Part shown: positions 15,909 to 23,367 of the stretch, piece after piece
Position numbering within the stretch: position 1 is the first letter of the stretch
Layout: the number at the start of each line of letters is the position of its first letter
DNA from: Candidatus Brocadia sp.
Lineage (GTDB): Bacteria; Planctomycetota; Brocadiia; Brocadiales; Brocadiaceae
NCBI GenBank assembly: GCA_021650915.1
Contig: CP091279.1
Span: 1,500,001-1,532,000, forward strand
Length of the DNA stretch: 32,000 bases
Reading direction: 5' to 3'
Notes under the pieces: model-generated
The model's database searches: none
What the model was told of the DNA's origin: nothing
The model's input: the letters and a program-made list of their open reading frames with translations, nothing else
Made by a program: the position numbers and the translations under genes

Positions 15909-17027
15909 TTACTCCAGAGTACAAATCGCTTGCGGGCATTTAATCCTGAGCACCGAACTGCCAACGACCCGGAACCGATGATTCAGGTTTTCCGGACCGC
16001 AGTACTCGACCTTAAAATTCCCCCCCACCGCCAAATCCGCATTTTGCCTGCCGGCTGCCATAACAAGGGCAACGTCTTTTTTCAGCACGGGGCTCTGGTA
16101 CACACCACCCTTCACCATCTCTTTTACCGCATCGATCTCTAACTTTCCCGTGCGTTCATACACCTTATGGAGCAATGCATAAAGCCGCGGACTCACCACA
16201 AGGGTATACGGCGGGAAAAATCCGGTATTCCTTAACTTCTCAACCGCAGCCACCACGTCCTGAAACCCGTTGCCAATGGCCGACCAGTCGCTAAGCTTCA
16301 TGATATTGCGTCCATTCACATTCAATAGTCCCGCCATGTTCATGTCCGGCAACCCGTTAAACACCAGGTCGTCTTCACGGGCGGCAGTGGCCACAGCTGC
16401 TCCGATTGCGGCGCTGGTATCGAGGGGAATTTCACCCTTCTTGCTCGCTTCGAGATCTCTCCAGAAGAGCCAGAAATCTTTGTAAATGACCGGTATATGC
16501 GCAACATCCCGCTTGAGTGAATGAATGGCATTGTCAGCCTCTCCAAGCATATCGACCGTCGCCCACGACGGAAGTCCAAACGTATCGATGGACACACACT
16601 GGCTTCCCACACCGAGGGGGCCATACGTTTCCAGAAACTTTCTGCCTACAAGACATTTTTCAATTGTTTCATGGACATGCCGCTGTAACTTTTCCCAGTC
16701 TTCGCGTCCCATTTCTCTTTCAGAAGAACCGCCTTTACCACCGCCCCCTTTTTCTTCCCCACAGGAACCCTTGCCACTACAGGAATCATTGGATGATGCC
16801 GCCAGATTTTTGGGGACCGCATGACAAGCAAGACAGCCCTGATTCAGATACTGACAATCTTTATGGACATTCCTCAATTCCTGGGAAGAATGACATGAAA
16901 AACAATCGTTTTCCTTCGTGCATTTTGCGTAAACAGGAGAAGCATTTTGCGGCAGGTAGAAAAGGGCAGATAGAGTAAAAATCCCGATAAACTGATATTT
17001 TTTGCAAAAATTCTTATAAATCTTCAT
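15909..17027 (-). CDS. Signal peptide + diheme cytochrome c + family-1 encapsulin shell protein fusion
   Basis: [34 protein letters not shown], then CFSCH and CLACH, then a Gly/Ser linker ([18 protein letters not shown]). The remaining ~270 aa align by eye to the remembered T. maritima encapsulin ([47 protein letters not shown]...FKVEY). Start set at ATG 17027 (GAGGAGG 8 nt upstream) rather than the track start at 17051. Confidence 0.9.
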   Translation of the reverse strand: [372 protein letters not shown]

Positions 17028-17181
17028 AAATATTGCCTCCTCATGGTTCAAATAATGTCTCAGAAATCGAATACCACTCCCCTTGTATTCTGCACTTCAC
17101 CTCGCTTTCTCCTCATCAGGCAGCAATAATTCTTAGATCTTTATGTTCATCAGATAACATCTTTTTTTTCATTATTCCAGC

Positions 17182-17209
17182 ATTATACTCCTTAATTTAG
17201 AAATTTCCA
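17182..17209 (-). promoter_or_regulatory. Candidate sigma70-type promoter upstream of the encapsulin gene
   Basis: The minus strand reads TGGAAA (17209-17204), a 16-nt spacer, then a perfect TATAAT (17187-17182), about 150 nt upstream of the 17027 start. Motif match only. Confidence 0.35.
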
Positions 17210-17267
17210 GCATTTATTCTTTTGTGATGTGACTCTCTTGCCCTCCCGTACGGCAGCTTTATCACCG

Positions 17268-17789
17268 TCATCTTGATGGCATACTTGCGTCCTTTTTAGG
17301 CGGCTCAGAGCCTTGCAAACAACTGCGCAGATCCTCTTCAATATGTTGCGGATCCGTGTAGCCTTCCTCTCTGTGTTCGAGCTCCCCATCTTTATAATAG
17401 CAGATCAGGGGAATTTTCTTTACCTGGTAAACATAACTCATTTCCTCTTTGTCCCTTGCCATGAGAACCGGAAAGGTAATTCCTTTTTTTTCAATAAACT
17501 GCTGCACCGCTTTCGGCTTATCATCAAGCGAGACGCCTATGATTTCCACGTTCTTGTTCTTGTATTTTTCGTAAAGGGTGCTGAGTTCCGGGAGATGCTC
17601 CACACAGATACTGCACCACGTTGCCCAGAACGTTACCGCCACGATTTTATCCTTATTTGACCGGATAACCTCTTTCAAATCCGTAGACGTAACCACCTCC
17701 ACATCCCTTGCAAAGCCGACTCCTGGTAAAGACAGCATCGCAAACAACGTTAACAATAATGCCCTTCTGAATTGACCTACCATAGACAT
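17268..17789 (-). CDS. Exported TlpA/ResA-like thioredoxin-fold thiol:disulfide oxidoreductase
   Basis: Signal peptide MSMVGQFRRALLLTLFAMLSLPGVGFA. Active site FWATWCSICVEHLPEL (WCxxC), followed by IIGVSLDD. Strong SD AAAGGAGGGGGGGAG upstream. Confidence 0.85.
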   Translation of the reverse strand: MSMVGQFRRALLLTLFAMLSLPGVGFARDVEVVTSTDLKEVIRSNKDKIVAVTFWATWCSICVEHLPELSTLYEKYKNKNVEIIGVSLDDKPKAVQQFIEKKGITFPVLMARDKEEMSYVYQVKKIPLICYYKDGELEHREEGYTDPQHIEEDLRSCLQGSEPPKKDASMPSR

Positions 17790-17829
17790 AACTCCCCCCC
17801 TCCTTTATTTTTTATCAGATCATTGTGCA

Positions 17830-19470
17830 TTATGGGCTGAAGGAACATCCTGCGCCCCTGCCATACTTGAAACTCTTTTCTTCTCCCCGCATGAACCTTT
17901 TCATCATACCCGGGGACCCATCAAAGACTAAACTATTCTGAGGCTTATCCGAAACAACCAACCACTCGGCGCCCGGAAAAACCGTTGCGAGTTTTTCTCT
18001 TTCCTTTGTGTCTTTCATAAAAAGAACGGTTGCTGCAACTCCCGCCTCTTCCGCAGTGGGCGCTCCCACTATCACGGCAAGATTTTCATTCGCTGACGGC
18101 CTTCCCGTTCTCGGATCCACGAGGTGCATCGAAAATTTATCCTGTATCGCAGGATACTTCGAATAATCGCCAAGGAATGCCACCCCTTGATTCACCAGAT
18201 GGAGAGCGCCTACGATAGTATCTTCCCTAACGGGGTGAGGAATCCCCACCTTCCACGCATCTTTCCCGGAAGGGGCATTAAACATACGACTCATGCTTCC
18301 ATAGTTCATGCAGACATTCGTGACCCCGGAATTACGAAATATCTCCAATGCCTTGTCTATTGCATATCCCTTTATTACCGGCCCCAGGTCGATTTGTGTC
18401 TTTTTATGAGCGAAAGAAATTGTCCTATCATCGTCAAGCGCCTTTATATTTTTATAAGAGACCGCGGGAATGATGGCCTCAAGTTTATCTGCTTTTACCT
18501 CTTTTGGTTTACCCCGGTATATTCCCCACTGCTCCAATAGCGGAGCAACCGTTACATCAAACCCCCCTTCCGTAATCACCCCATAGTGATAACACCGTTT
18601 CATTACCGCGAATACCTCTTCGTTGCAGGCAAAGGCGGTCTTCGCCGCAACCTTATTCATCGTCTGTAATTCCTTCCTGAAAAGCCATTCAATGCGCTCT
18701 ATCTCATTGAATGCCTTCGTTGCCAGCGAAAAGAACTGCCGTTCGCTGTCAGCTTCCGCAGCAATGACGGCTTTCACTCCCTCGATAACCCTTGCCGTGG
18801 TGAAGAGTTGCCGGTGCGTTATTCTCGCAGCCCTGACTTCATCAGGGGACATGCGATGAGCCAGGGATGCAGAGTCGGGATTTTTATTGATGTAAAATTC
18901 ATGAATAAACGCAAGCATCTTTTTCACGCCACGGCAAACTGCCTGCACCGAAGTCGTAGCGCCCGTAATCTTAATAATGTCCTTATTCGTCGAAAAGGGG
19001 TCTTTCAGGGACTTGCCTTCGAACTGCTTCAGAAATCTCTTCCGGCTGACCTCCTGTCCGCGGCTTTCTCTATAGATCATCACCGCAACATCAAGAACCT
19101 TTCCCTCAGTATTGGCGCTGAGAATCCATGTAATTGGATGAAAACAGCCCATTTCCTCGGTAATAATGGCATACCGGTCTGTCACCGGACCCTTTTTGCC
19201 TATAAAGACCTCAAAGGTTGATTCAATATCCGGTCTTTTCAAGAATCTCTTGAAATATTCCAGCCCTTCAGGGGTAAGGGTAAGAACCTCAGATTCGATC
19301 TGATCGCACCCATCAAACACCTTTGCAATGGCCTCATCTTCCTCCATGAAGACCTGAAGCTGGTAGTTTTCCGGGGGCTCCCCTTCTTCAAGGAAGGACT
19401 GCCCCGAAGACAATCTCGAAAAAAGAAGAATGCTCCACAGTAAGAGCAGAGAAAACAGATACCTTTTCAT
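17830..19470 (-). CDS. apbE: Exported FMN-binding domain fused to an ApbE-type flavin transferase
   Basis: Start reset to MKRYLFSLLLLWSILLFSRLSSG (ATG 19470). FMN_bind-like FLKQFEGKSL...IKITGATTSVQAV. ApbE landmarks GGFDVTVAPLLEQWG, QIDLGPVIKGYAIDKAL and HLVDPRTGRP. The 56 upstream codons of the track ORF cover the promoter-like repeat and carry no signal peptide. Confidence 0.85.
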   Translation of the reverse strand: MKRYLFSLLLLWSILLFSRLSSGQSFLEEGEPPENYQLQVFMEEDEAIAKVFDGCDQIESEVLTLTPEGLEYFKRFLKRPDIESTFEVFIGKKGPVTDRYAIITEEMGCFHPITWILSANTEGKVLDVAVMIYRESRGQEVSRKRFLKQFEGKSLKDPFSTNKDIIKITGATTSVQAVCRGVKKMLAFIHEFYINKNPDSASLAHRMSPDEVRAARITHRQLFTTARVIEGVKAVIAAEADSERQFFSLATKAFNEIERIEWLFRKELQTMNKVAAKTAFACNEEVFAVMKRCYHYGVITEGGFDVTVAPLLEQWGIYRGKPKEVKADKLEAIIPAVSYKNIKALDDDRTISFAHKKTQIDLGPVIKGYAIDKALEIFRNSGVTNVCMNYGSMSRMFNAPSGKDAWKVGIPHPVREDTIVGALHLVNQGVAFLGDYSKYPAIQDKFSMHLVDPRTGRPSANENLAVIVGAPTAEEAGVAATVLFMKDTKEREKLATVFPGAEWLVVSDKPQNSLVFDGSPGMMKRFMRGEEKSFKYGRGAGCSFSP

Positions 19471-19486
19471 AGTCACAGCTTTTAAA

Positions 19487-19540
19487 AACTCCTCAGATTT
19501 TATAAGAGATAGAATGTCGTTAAGCCAGGAGATGCCTCTT
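19487..19540 (-). repeat. Promoter-like repeat, copy A (upstream of apbE fusion)
   Basis: 33 of 39 core positions are identical to 23494-23549 by hand alignment. The minus strand reads CTGGCT, 17 nt, TTATAA, then GAGGAG. Confidence 0.5.
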
Positions 19541-19561
19541 GTACAGAATCTGCGATGCTCT

Positions 19562-19717
19562 TTAGAAAAGACAGAAAATAAGCGATAAAGAGAGCAATGA
19601 CGTCCCTCTTTGAGCCGCAACAGATATAGCAAAAACATCCCTTCGTCTTTGCCTCTCCGGCGACATTGTAAACTTTCCTTCTGCCGGTTTTTTTACCATT
19701 TGTATAATCTTCTCCAT
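19562..19717 (-). CDS. Small 51-aa ORF below the track cutoff, unknown function
   Basis: Hand translation gives MEKIIQMVKKPAEGKFTMSPERQRRRDVFAISVAAQRGTSLLSLSLIFCLF*. It is preceded by GAGAGGAGG with a 7-nt spacer. It lies between the ATPase stop and the apbE promoter-like repeat. No homology recognised. Confidence 0.3.
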   Translation of the reverse strand: MEKIIQMVKKPAEGKFTMSPERQRRRDVFAISVAAQRGTSLLSLSLIFCLF

Positions 19718-19812
19718 ATCTTTTCCTCCTCTCAAAATCTTTGCGTTATATGCTCTGGGCTAAAAACAATACGCATCAAAGTTGAAATGCTGCGGAATTT
19801 CCTGTCTCTATT

Positions 19813-21909
19813 TCAGGCCATTATCCTCTCTTCCCCTGCAAGGGGAATGCGATATGGCTTCAGTGAATTTGCGGATACGAGAATTGTTGTTGCATTATGT
19901 ATGAGGGCTGATGTTACCGGAGTTATCATCCCCAAGATACCGAGGCCTATTAAGGCACTGTTAATTCCAATTATATATCTGAAATTCTGTTTAATGCGGA
20001 ACATGGCATCCTGGGCAATCCACCGGGCATCAACAATGCCTTCAAGCCCCTTGTCCAGGAGCAAGATATCGCAGGCTTCTCTTGCGATATCTGCACCATG
20101 TTTCATAGATATGCCCACATCTGCGCAAGAGAGAGCAGGGGAGTCATTAATACCGTCACCAACCATTGCAACTACATAACCTTTGCTTTTTAAATCTTTA
20201 ATTATTCCGGCCTTTCTTTCCGGAAGAGCCTGGGCGTAAAATTCCTCTATCCCAAGTCTTTGCGCTACATTACGCGCCGTAGCATAGTTGTCGCCAGTAA
20301 GCATGATGGTTCGATTCACGCCAGAATCCTTCAGCATCTTGAGAAATATTTGCAAATCATCCCTTACCCGATCTTCAATGGCTATAACACCGGCAAGATT
20401 GTTTTCCACAGCCACGTAAAGCACCGAATAGCCCCTGTCCATAAAATCTTTTATCACAGACTCCTTACCTTCCACGTCAATCCCATTGTCGTCAGAGATA
20501 AAGTGCTTACTCCCTACCAGCATTCTTTTCCCTTCAATCCTTGACACAATGCCATGGGCAAGAACATACTCAATCTCTGCATGGTTCTCTTCATGAACCA
20601 GCCCTTCATCTTCTGCCTTTTTAACCACGGCAGTTGCCACCGGATGTGGAAAATGTTCTTCCACACATGCAACGTTTTTTAACAACTCTTCCCGATTAAA
20701 ACCGTCGAAGGTAAGAATATCAAAAACCTTTGGCTGCGCCTCTGTAAGCGTTCCTGTCTTGTCAAAAACAAAGACGTTTGCCTCCGCCAGTTTTTCCATA
20801 AACTTACCACCTTTTACGAAAATATTTTGTCTTGCTGCGGCTATCATTGCGGACATAATCATGAGTGGAGTTGATAATTTCAAGGCACATGAATAATCTA
20901 CCAGCAAGATTGAGGTGGCCTTTATCGAACTGCCGGTAAAAAGATAGATTAGTCCGCTTAGGATAAAACTATAGGGCACAATCCTATTTGCGAGCATTTC
21001 TGCATGGTTCTGCACATCCGCCTTTAGGCCTTCCGATCCTTCAATTACTTTGATTATTTTGGAGACCCTTGTTTTATCACCTACTTTGATTGATTTTATT
21101 GTTAAGAGGCCTTCTTCCAGGACCGTGCCAGCATAAACCATTAATCCCGCCCGTTTAGGCACAGAAAATGGCTCACCCGTGATTGAAGACTGATTGACCA
21201 GCGCCGCACCATCAGCTACAATACCATCCACAGGAATGCTGGAACCCGTTCTTACCACCACAAGATCGCCCACCACTACTTCCTTTATATTGATCTGCAT
21301 TTCACAGCCGTTCCGTCTTACCCACGCCCACCCATTCTGATTCAGGAACATCTTTGAAATGCTTTCCCTTGATTTTTGACGTATCCGTTCCTCGAGGTAA
21401 TCGCCAACCTTCAGAAAAAATGTAATGAAACCCACCGTGAGATAATCACTTCTCAGCAATGAAATACCTACCGCCGTGGAGTCGAGGACATCAACGTTCA
21501 GACGTTTGTTCAGGATTGCGCTAAAGCCTTTTTTCAGGACAGGCATAGCGCCATAGAGAGAGAGGAATGGCGCCATTGCCACGGGTATCATTGATCGCGC
21601 AATCAAGAGCGCCCCCGATAGCATTGCAGCCTTCTTTTTCTGTTTAAGTTTATCTTGTTTAAACGTTTCTTTTTTTACAAAAATCAATGACGTCTCATGC
21701 AGTATCTTTAATAAGACCACTTTCACAGCGCCGTCGCCGTTGTATATGACCAGGATATTCCTGGTTCGGCGATTAAAGGATACCTTCTGAACCCCATCGA
21801 CAGCCAAAAACAATCTTTCAAGCTGGGAATTCTCCGGGGTATGCCTTTTCGGTAAGGCGAGACTAATCCTTATCCTTTGAGGGAGATCGTGAACAATGTC
21901 ATACTTCAT
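19813..21909 (-). CDS. P1B-type heavy-metal ATPase with a non-canonical transmembrane metal motif (YSCA in place of CPC)
   Basis: ITGEP (A-domain), FDKTGTLT (phosphorylation site), FPHPVA (HP motif), MLTGDN and MVGDGINDSPAL. The TM motif VDYSCALKLSTPL aligns to CPCALGLATP. The last TM reads IHNATTILVSANSLK instead of MxxSS. The N-terminal HMA-like fold has no CxxC (LPQRIRISL...GVQKVSFNRRTRNILVIY). Confidence 0.95.
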   Translation of the reverse strand: MKYDIVHDLPQRIRISLALPKRHTPENSQLERLFLAVDGVQKVSFNRRTRNILVIYNGDGAVKVVLLKILHETSLIFVKKETFKQDKLKQKKKAAMLSGALLIARSMIPVAMAPFLSLYGAMPVLKKGFSAILNKRLNVDVLDSTAVGISLLRSDYLTVGFITFFLKVGDYLEERIRQKSRESISKMFLNQNGWAWVRRNGCEMQINIKEVVVGDLVVVRTGSSIPVDGIVADGAALVNQSSITGEPFSVPKRAGLMVYAGTVLEEGLLTIKSIKVGDKTRVSKIIKVIEGSEGLKADVQNHAEMLANRIVPYSFILSGLIYLFTGSSIKATSILLVDYSCALKLSTPLMIMSAMIAAARQNIFVKGGKFMEKLAEANVFVFDKTGTLTEAQPKVFDILTFDGFNREELLKNVACVEEHFPHPVATAVVKKAEDEGLVHEENHAEIEYVLAHGIVSRIEGKRMLVGSKHFISDDNGIDVEGKESVIKDFMDRGYSVLYVAVENNLAGVIAIEDRVRDDLQIFLKMLKDSGVNRTIMLTGDNYATARNVAQRLGIEEFYAQALPERKAGIIKDLKSKGYVVAMVGDGINDSPALSCADVGISMKHGADIAREACDILLLDKGLEGIVDARWIAQDAMFRIKQNFRYIIGINSALIGLGILGMITPVTSALIHNATTILVSANSLKPYRIPLAGEERIMA

Positions 21910-22094
21910 TCCTCCTTTTCCATCTCCTCGGTCAGCTTTTGTAGTATTTGCTCTATTCTCTCAAGCCGCGCTTCCTTTTCATGCTTTTCCCTGATTCGGG
22001 AAAATATATATGCCCCGGCCATGATTGCGCCGGCACCGCCGGCAACGGTTAACAGTGAACCAAGATACGTCCTTGTCTTATTGATAATACTCAT
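21906..22094 (-). CDS. Small single-pass membrane protein with a charged helical tail
   Basis: 62 aa. Gly-zipper TM LLTVAGGAGAIMAGAYIF, then REKHEKEARLERIEQILQKLTEEMEKEE. SD GGAGGAGG upstream; ATGA overlap with the ATPase start. Confidence 0.6.
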   Translation of the reverse strand: MSIINKTRTYLGSLLTVAGGAGAIMAGAYIFSRIREKHEKEARLERIEQILQKLTEEMEKEE

Positions 22095-22096
22095 CG

Positions 22097-22498
22097 TTAA
22101 GCCTCCTCCTTTTTGTACCTCTGCCTTAAAACCTCTTCTACCATCTGCTCCACCTTCTTCAGGAGATCTTCCTCCTTTTTTTCTGTCTTTACCGTTGTCT
22201 CAAGGTCTTTCTGATGTACATATTTTGCCTCAGCAACGATGTCTTCTATGTTCTCTTTCGTTTTTTCATAATTTGCAACCAACCACTCTTTGAATGCAAG
22301 GCCTTCCTTTGTAACGCCAACCGCAGCAGGCCTCATCTTCTTTGACAACTTACTAATTCCAATAGCGGCAAGAACACCCGCTGCACCTCCTGCCACCAAC
22401 CAGAGACTGCGTTTGCTTATAAAAAAACCATTCATATGTTCTCCTCTCTCCGTTTCATTGTTTTTGCCTTCTCCCTTATCCTCGACCTTTTCTTCCAC
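22097..22498 (-). CDS. Small single-pass membrane protein, DUF1490/PacL-like pattern
   Basis: 133 aa. GTG start with AAAGGAGG 6 nt upstream. TM LWLVAGGAAGVLAAIGI, then RPAAVGVTKEGLAFKEWLVANYEKTKENIEDIVAEAKY. This resembles, from memory, mycobacterial DUF1490 proteins encoded next to P-type ATPases. Confidence 0.6.
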   Translation of the reverse strand: MEEKVEDKGEGKNNETERGEHMNGFFISKRSLWLVAGGAAGVLAAIGISKLSKKMRPAAVGVTKEGLAFKEWLVANYEKTKENIEDIVAEAKYVHQKDLETTVKTEKKEEDLLKKVEQMVEEVLRQRYKKEEA

Positions 22499-22588
22499 AA
22501 GTACCTCCTTTTGTATCCCAAGTAAACCTATAATACGACAAACACCTCATCACATCGTATCAGATTAAACGTACAACATCAGGAAGAA

Positions 22589-22987
22589 CTACCTTCCAGT
22601 TGCCACTTTTATTGCCATTGGAATCAGGGCATTCAAAGGCATTGGTAATATCGCATGGGTAATTACATCCGCCAAGGCATGCCAGGCATGCCTTGCAACG
22701 GGTGGCTTTGAATTCTTTTCCTCCGTCAGAAACTGCCAGTTATTGGCAGCCCTCTCCGCACCCTCTTTCATGACCTGATTGATATATTGCGTTAAGGCCT
22801 GCCGGTCAATCTGGCGCTCATCAAAACGAACCAGTATCCTCCCTGTTTTGTGATTTGCAGTTACCTCCGTCACTCCTCCGAAATAATTCACGATGCTTTC
22901 CTTTAAATACCCGCAAATATGCGGTTTTCCAATAAGATATTGGCTTTCAAACCTTATTCTGCCCGGCAAAATACTTAATGGAGCCAT
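22589..22987 (-). CDS. HMA-like (HMA2-type) domain protein lacking CxxC
   Basis: Start reset to MAPLSILPGRIRFES (ATG 22987, GAGGAGG upstream). The motif LPGRIRF...GGVTEVTANHKTGRILVRFD parallels the ATPase N-terminus (LPQRIRI...GVQKVSFNRRTRNILVIY). The C-terminus is His-rich and hydrophobic: ARHAWHALADVITHAILPMPL. Confidence 0.7.
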   Translation of the reverse strand: MAPLSILPGRIRFESQYLIGKPHICGYLKESIVNYFGGVTEVTANHKTGRILVRFDERQIDRQALTQYINQVMKEGAERAANNWQFLTEEKNSKPPVARHAWHALADVITHAILPMPLNALIPMAIKVATGR

Positions 22988-23276
22988 GGTTTTTTCCTCC
23001 TCACCAAAGTTCTTTTTGACAAAACATTGAAATGGTCGCCTCGTACATTGGGGCGTCTTTCTAAAAGGACATAAATTGCACTTAAGATTTTTACTCATTG
23101 AATTATGAAAATTTTATCCGTGTCGGTACAATTTCTTTTCTGTCGTTATCTGTCTGTGTTCCGGAACGGAAAATACTAATCCGTTGTTTGGAACAAACGG
23201 TTTGTTTTCTGTATAACAATATCGTTTATACCATAGCGCGGCACTGCCGCAACCAATTCTCCGTTGTGAAAGCGGG

Positions 23277-23367
23277 AGATTGCTTCGGACAAGACCCTCG
23301 CAATGACACGGGCTATGTCTTTGATGACAGACGGTACGTTGTCATTGCGAGCACATTCGTTGTGCTC
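23277..23367. repeat. Inverted pair of GTCATTGCGAG...CGAAGCAATCT-type short repeats plus a 7-bp hairpin
   Basis: The reverse complement of 23277-23307 is GTCATTGCGAGGGTCTTGTCCGAAGCAATCT. A second GTCATTGCGAG sits at 23341-23351 in the opposite orientation, giving perfect 11-bp inverted arms (23297-23307 and 23341-23351). Hairpin GAGCACA-ttcgt-TGTGCTC at 23349-23367. Confidence 0.6.

Noticed and set aside
17028-17051. Upstream ATG (MNHEEAIF) as the encapsulin start
   Set aside because: The GAGGAGG Shine-Dalgarno lies inside these codons, 8 nt before the second ATG at 17027, which begins the signal peptide.
19471-19638. 56-codon N-terminal extension of the ApbE-fusion ORF
   Set aside because: The extension covers the promoter-like repeat, which also yields the same ...DILSLIK... 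peptide in the unrelated ORF 23477-23725. The internal MKRYLFSLLLLWSILLF is a proper signal peptide.
19656-19697. CCGGC-n21-GCCGG followed by TTTTTTT on the + strand as a terminator
   Set aside because: The stem is only 5 bp with a 21-nt loop, it is on the non-coding strand relative to all local genes, and it lies inside the 51-aa candidate ORF.
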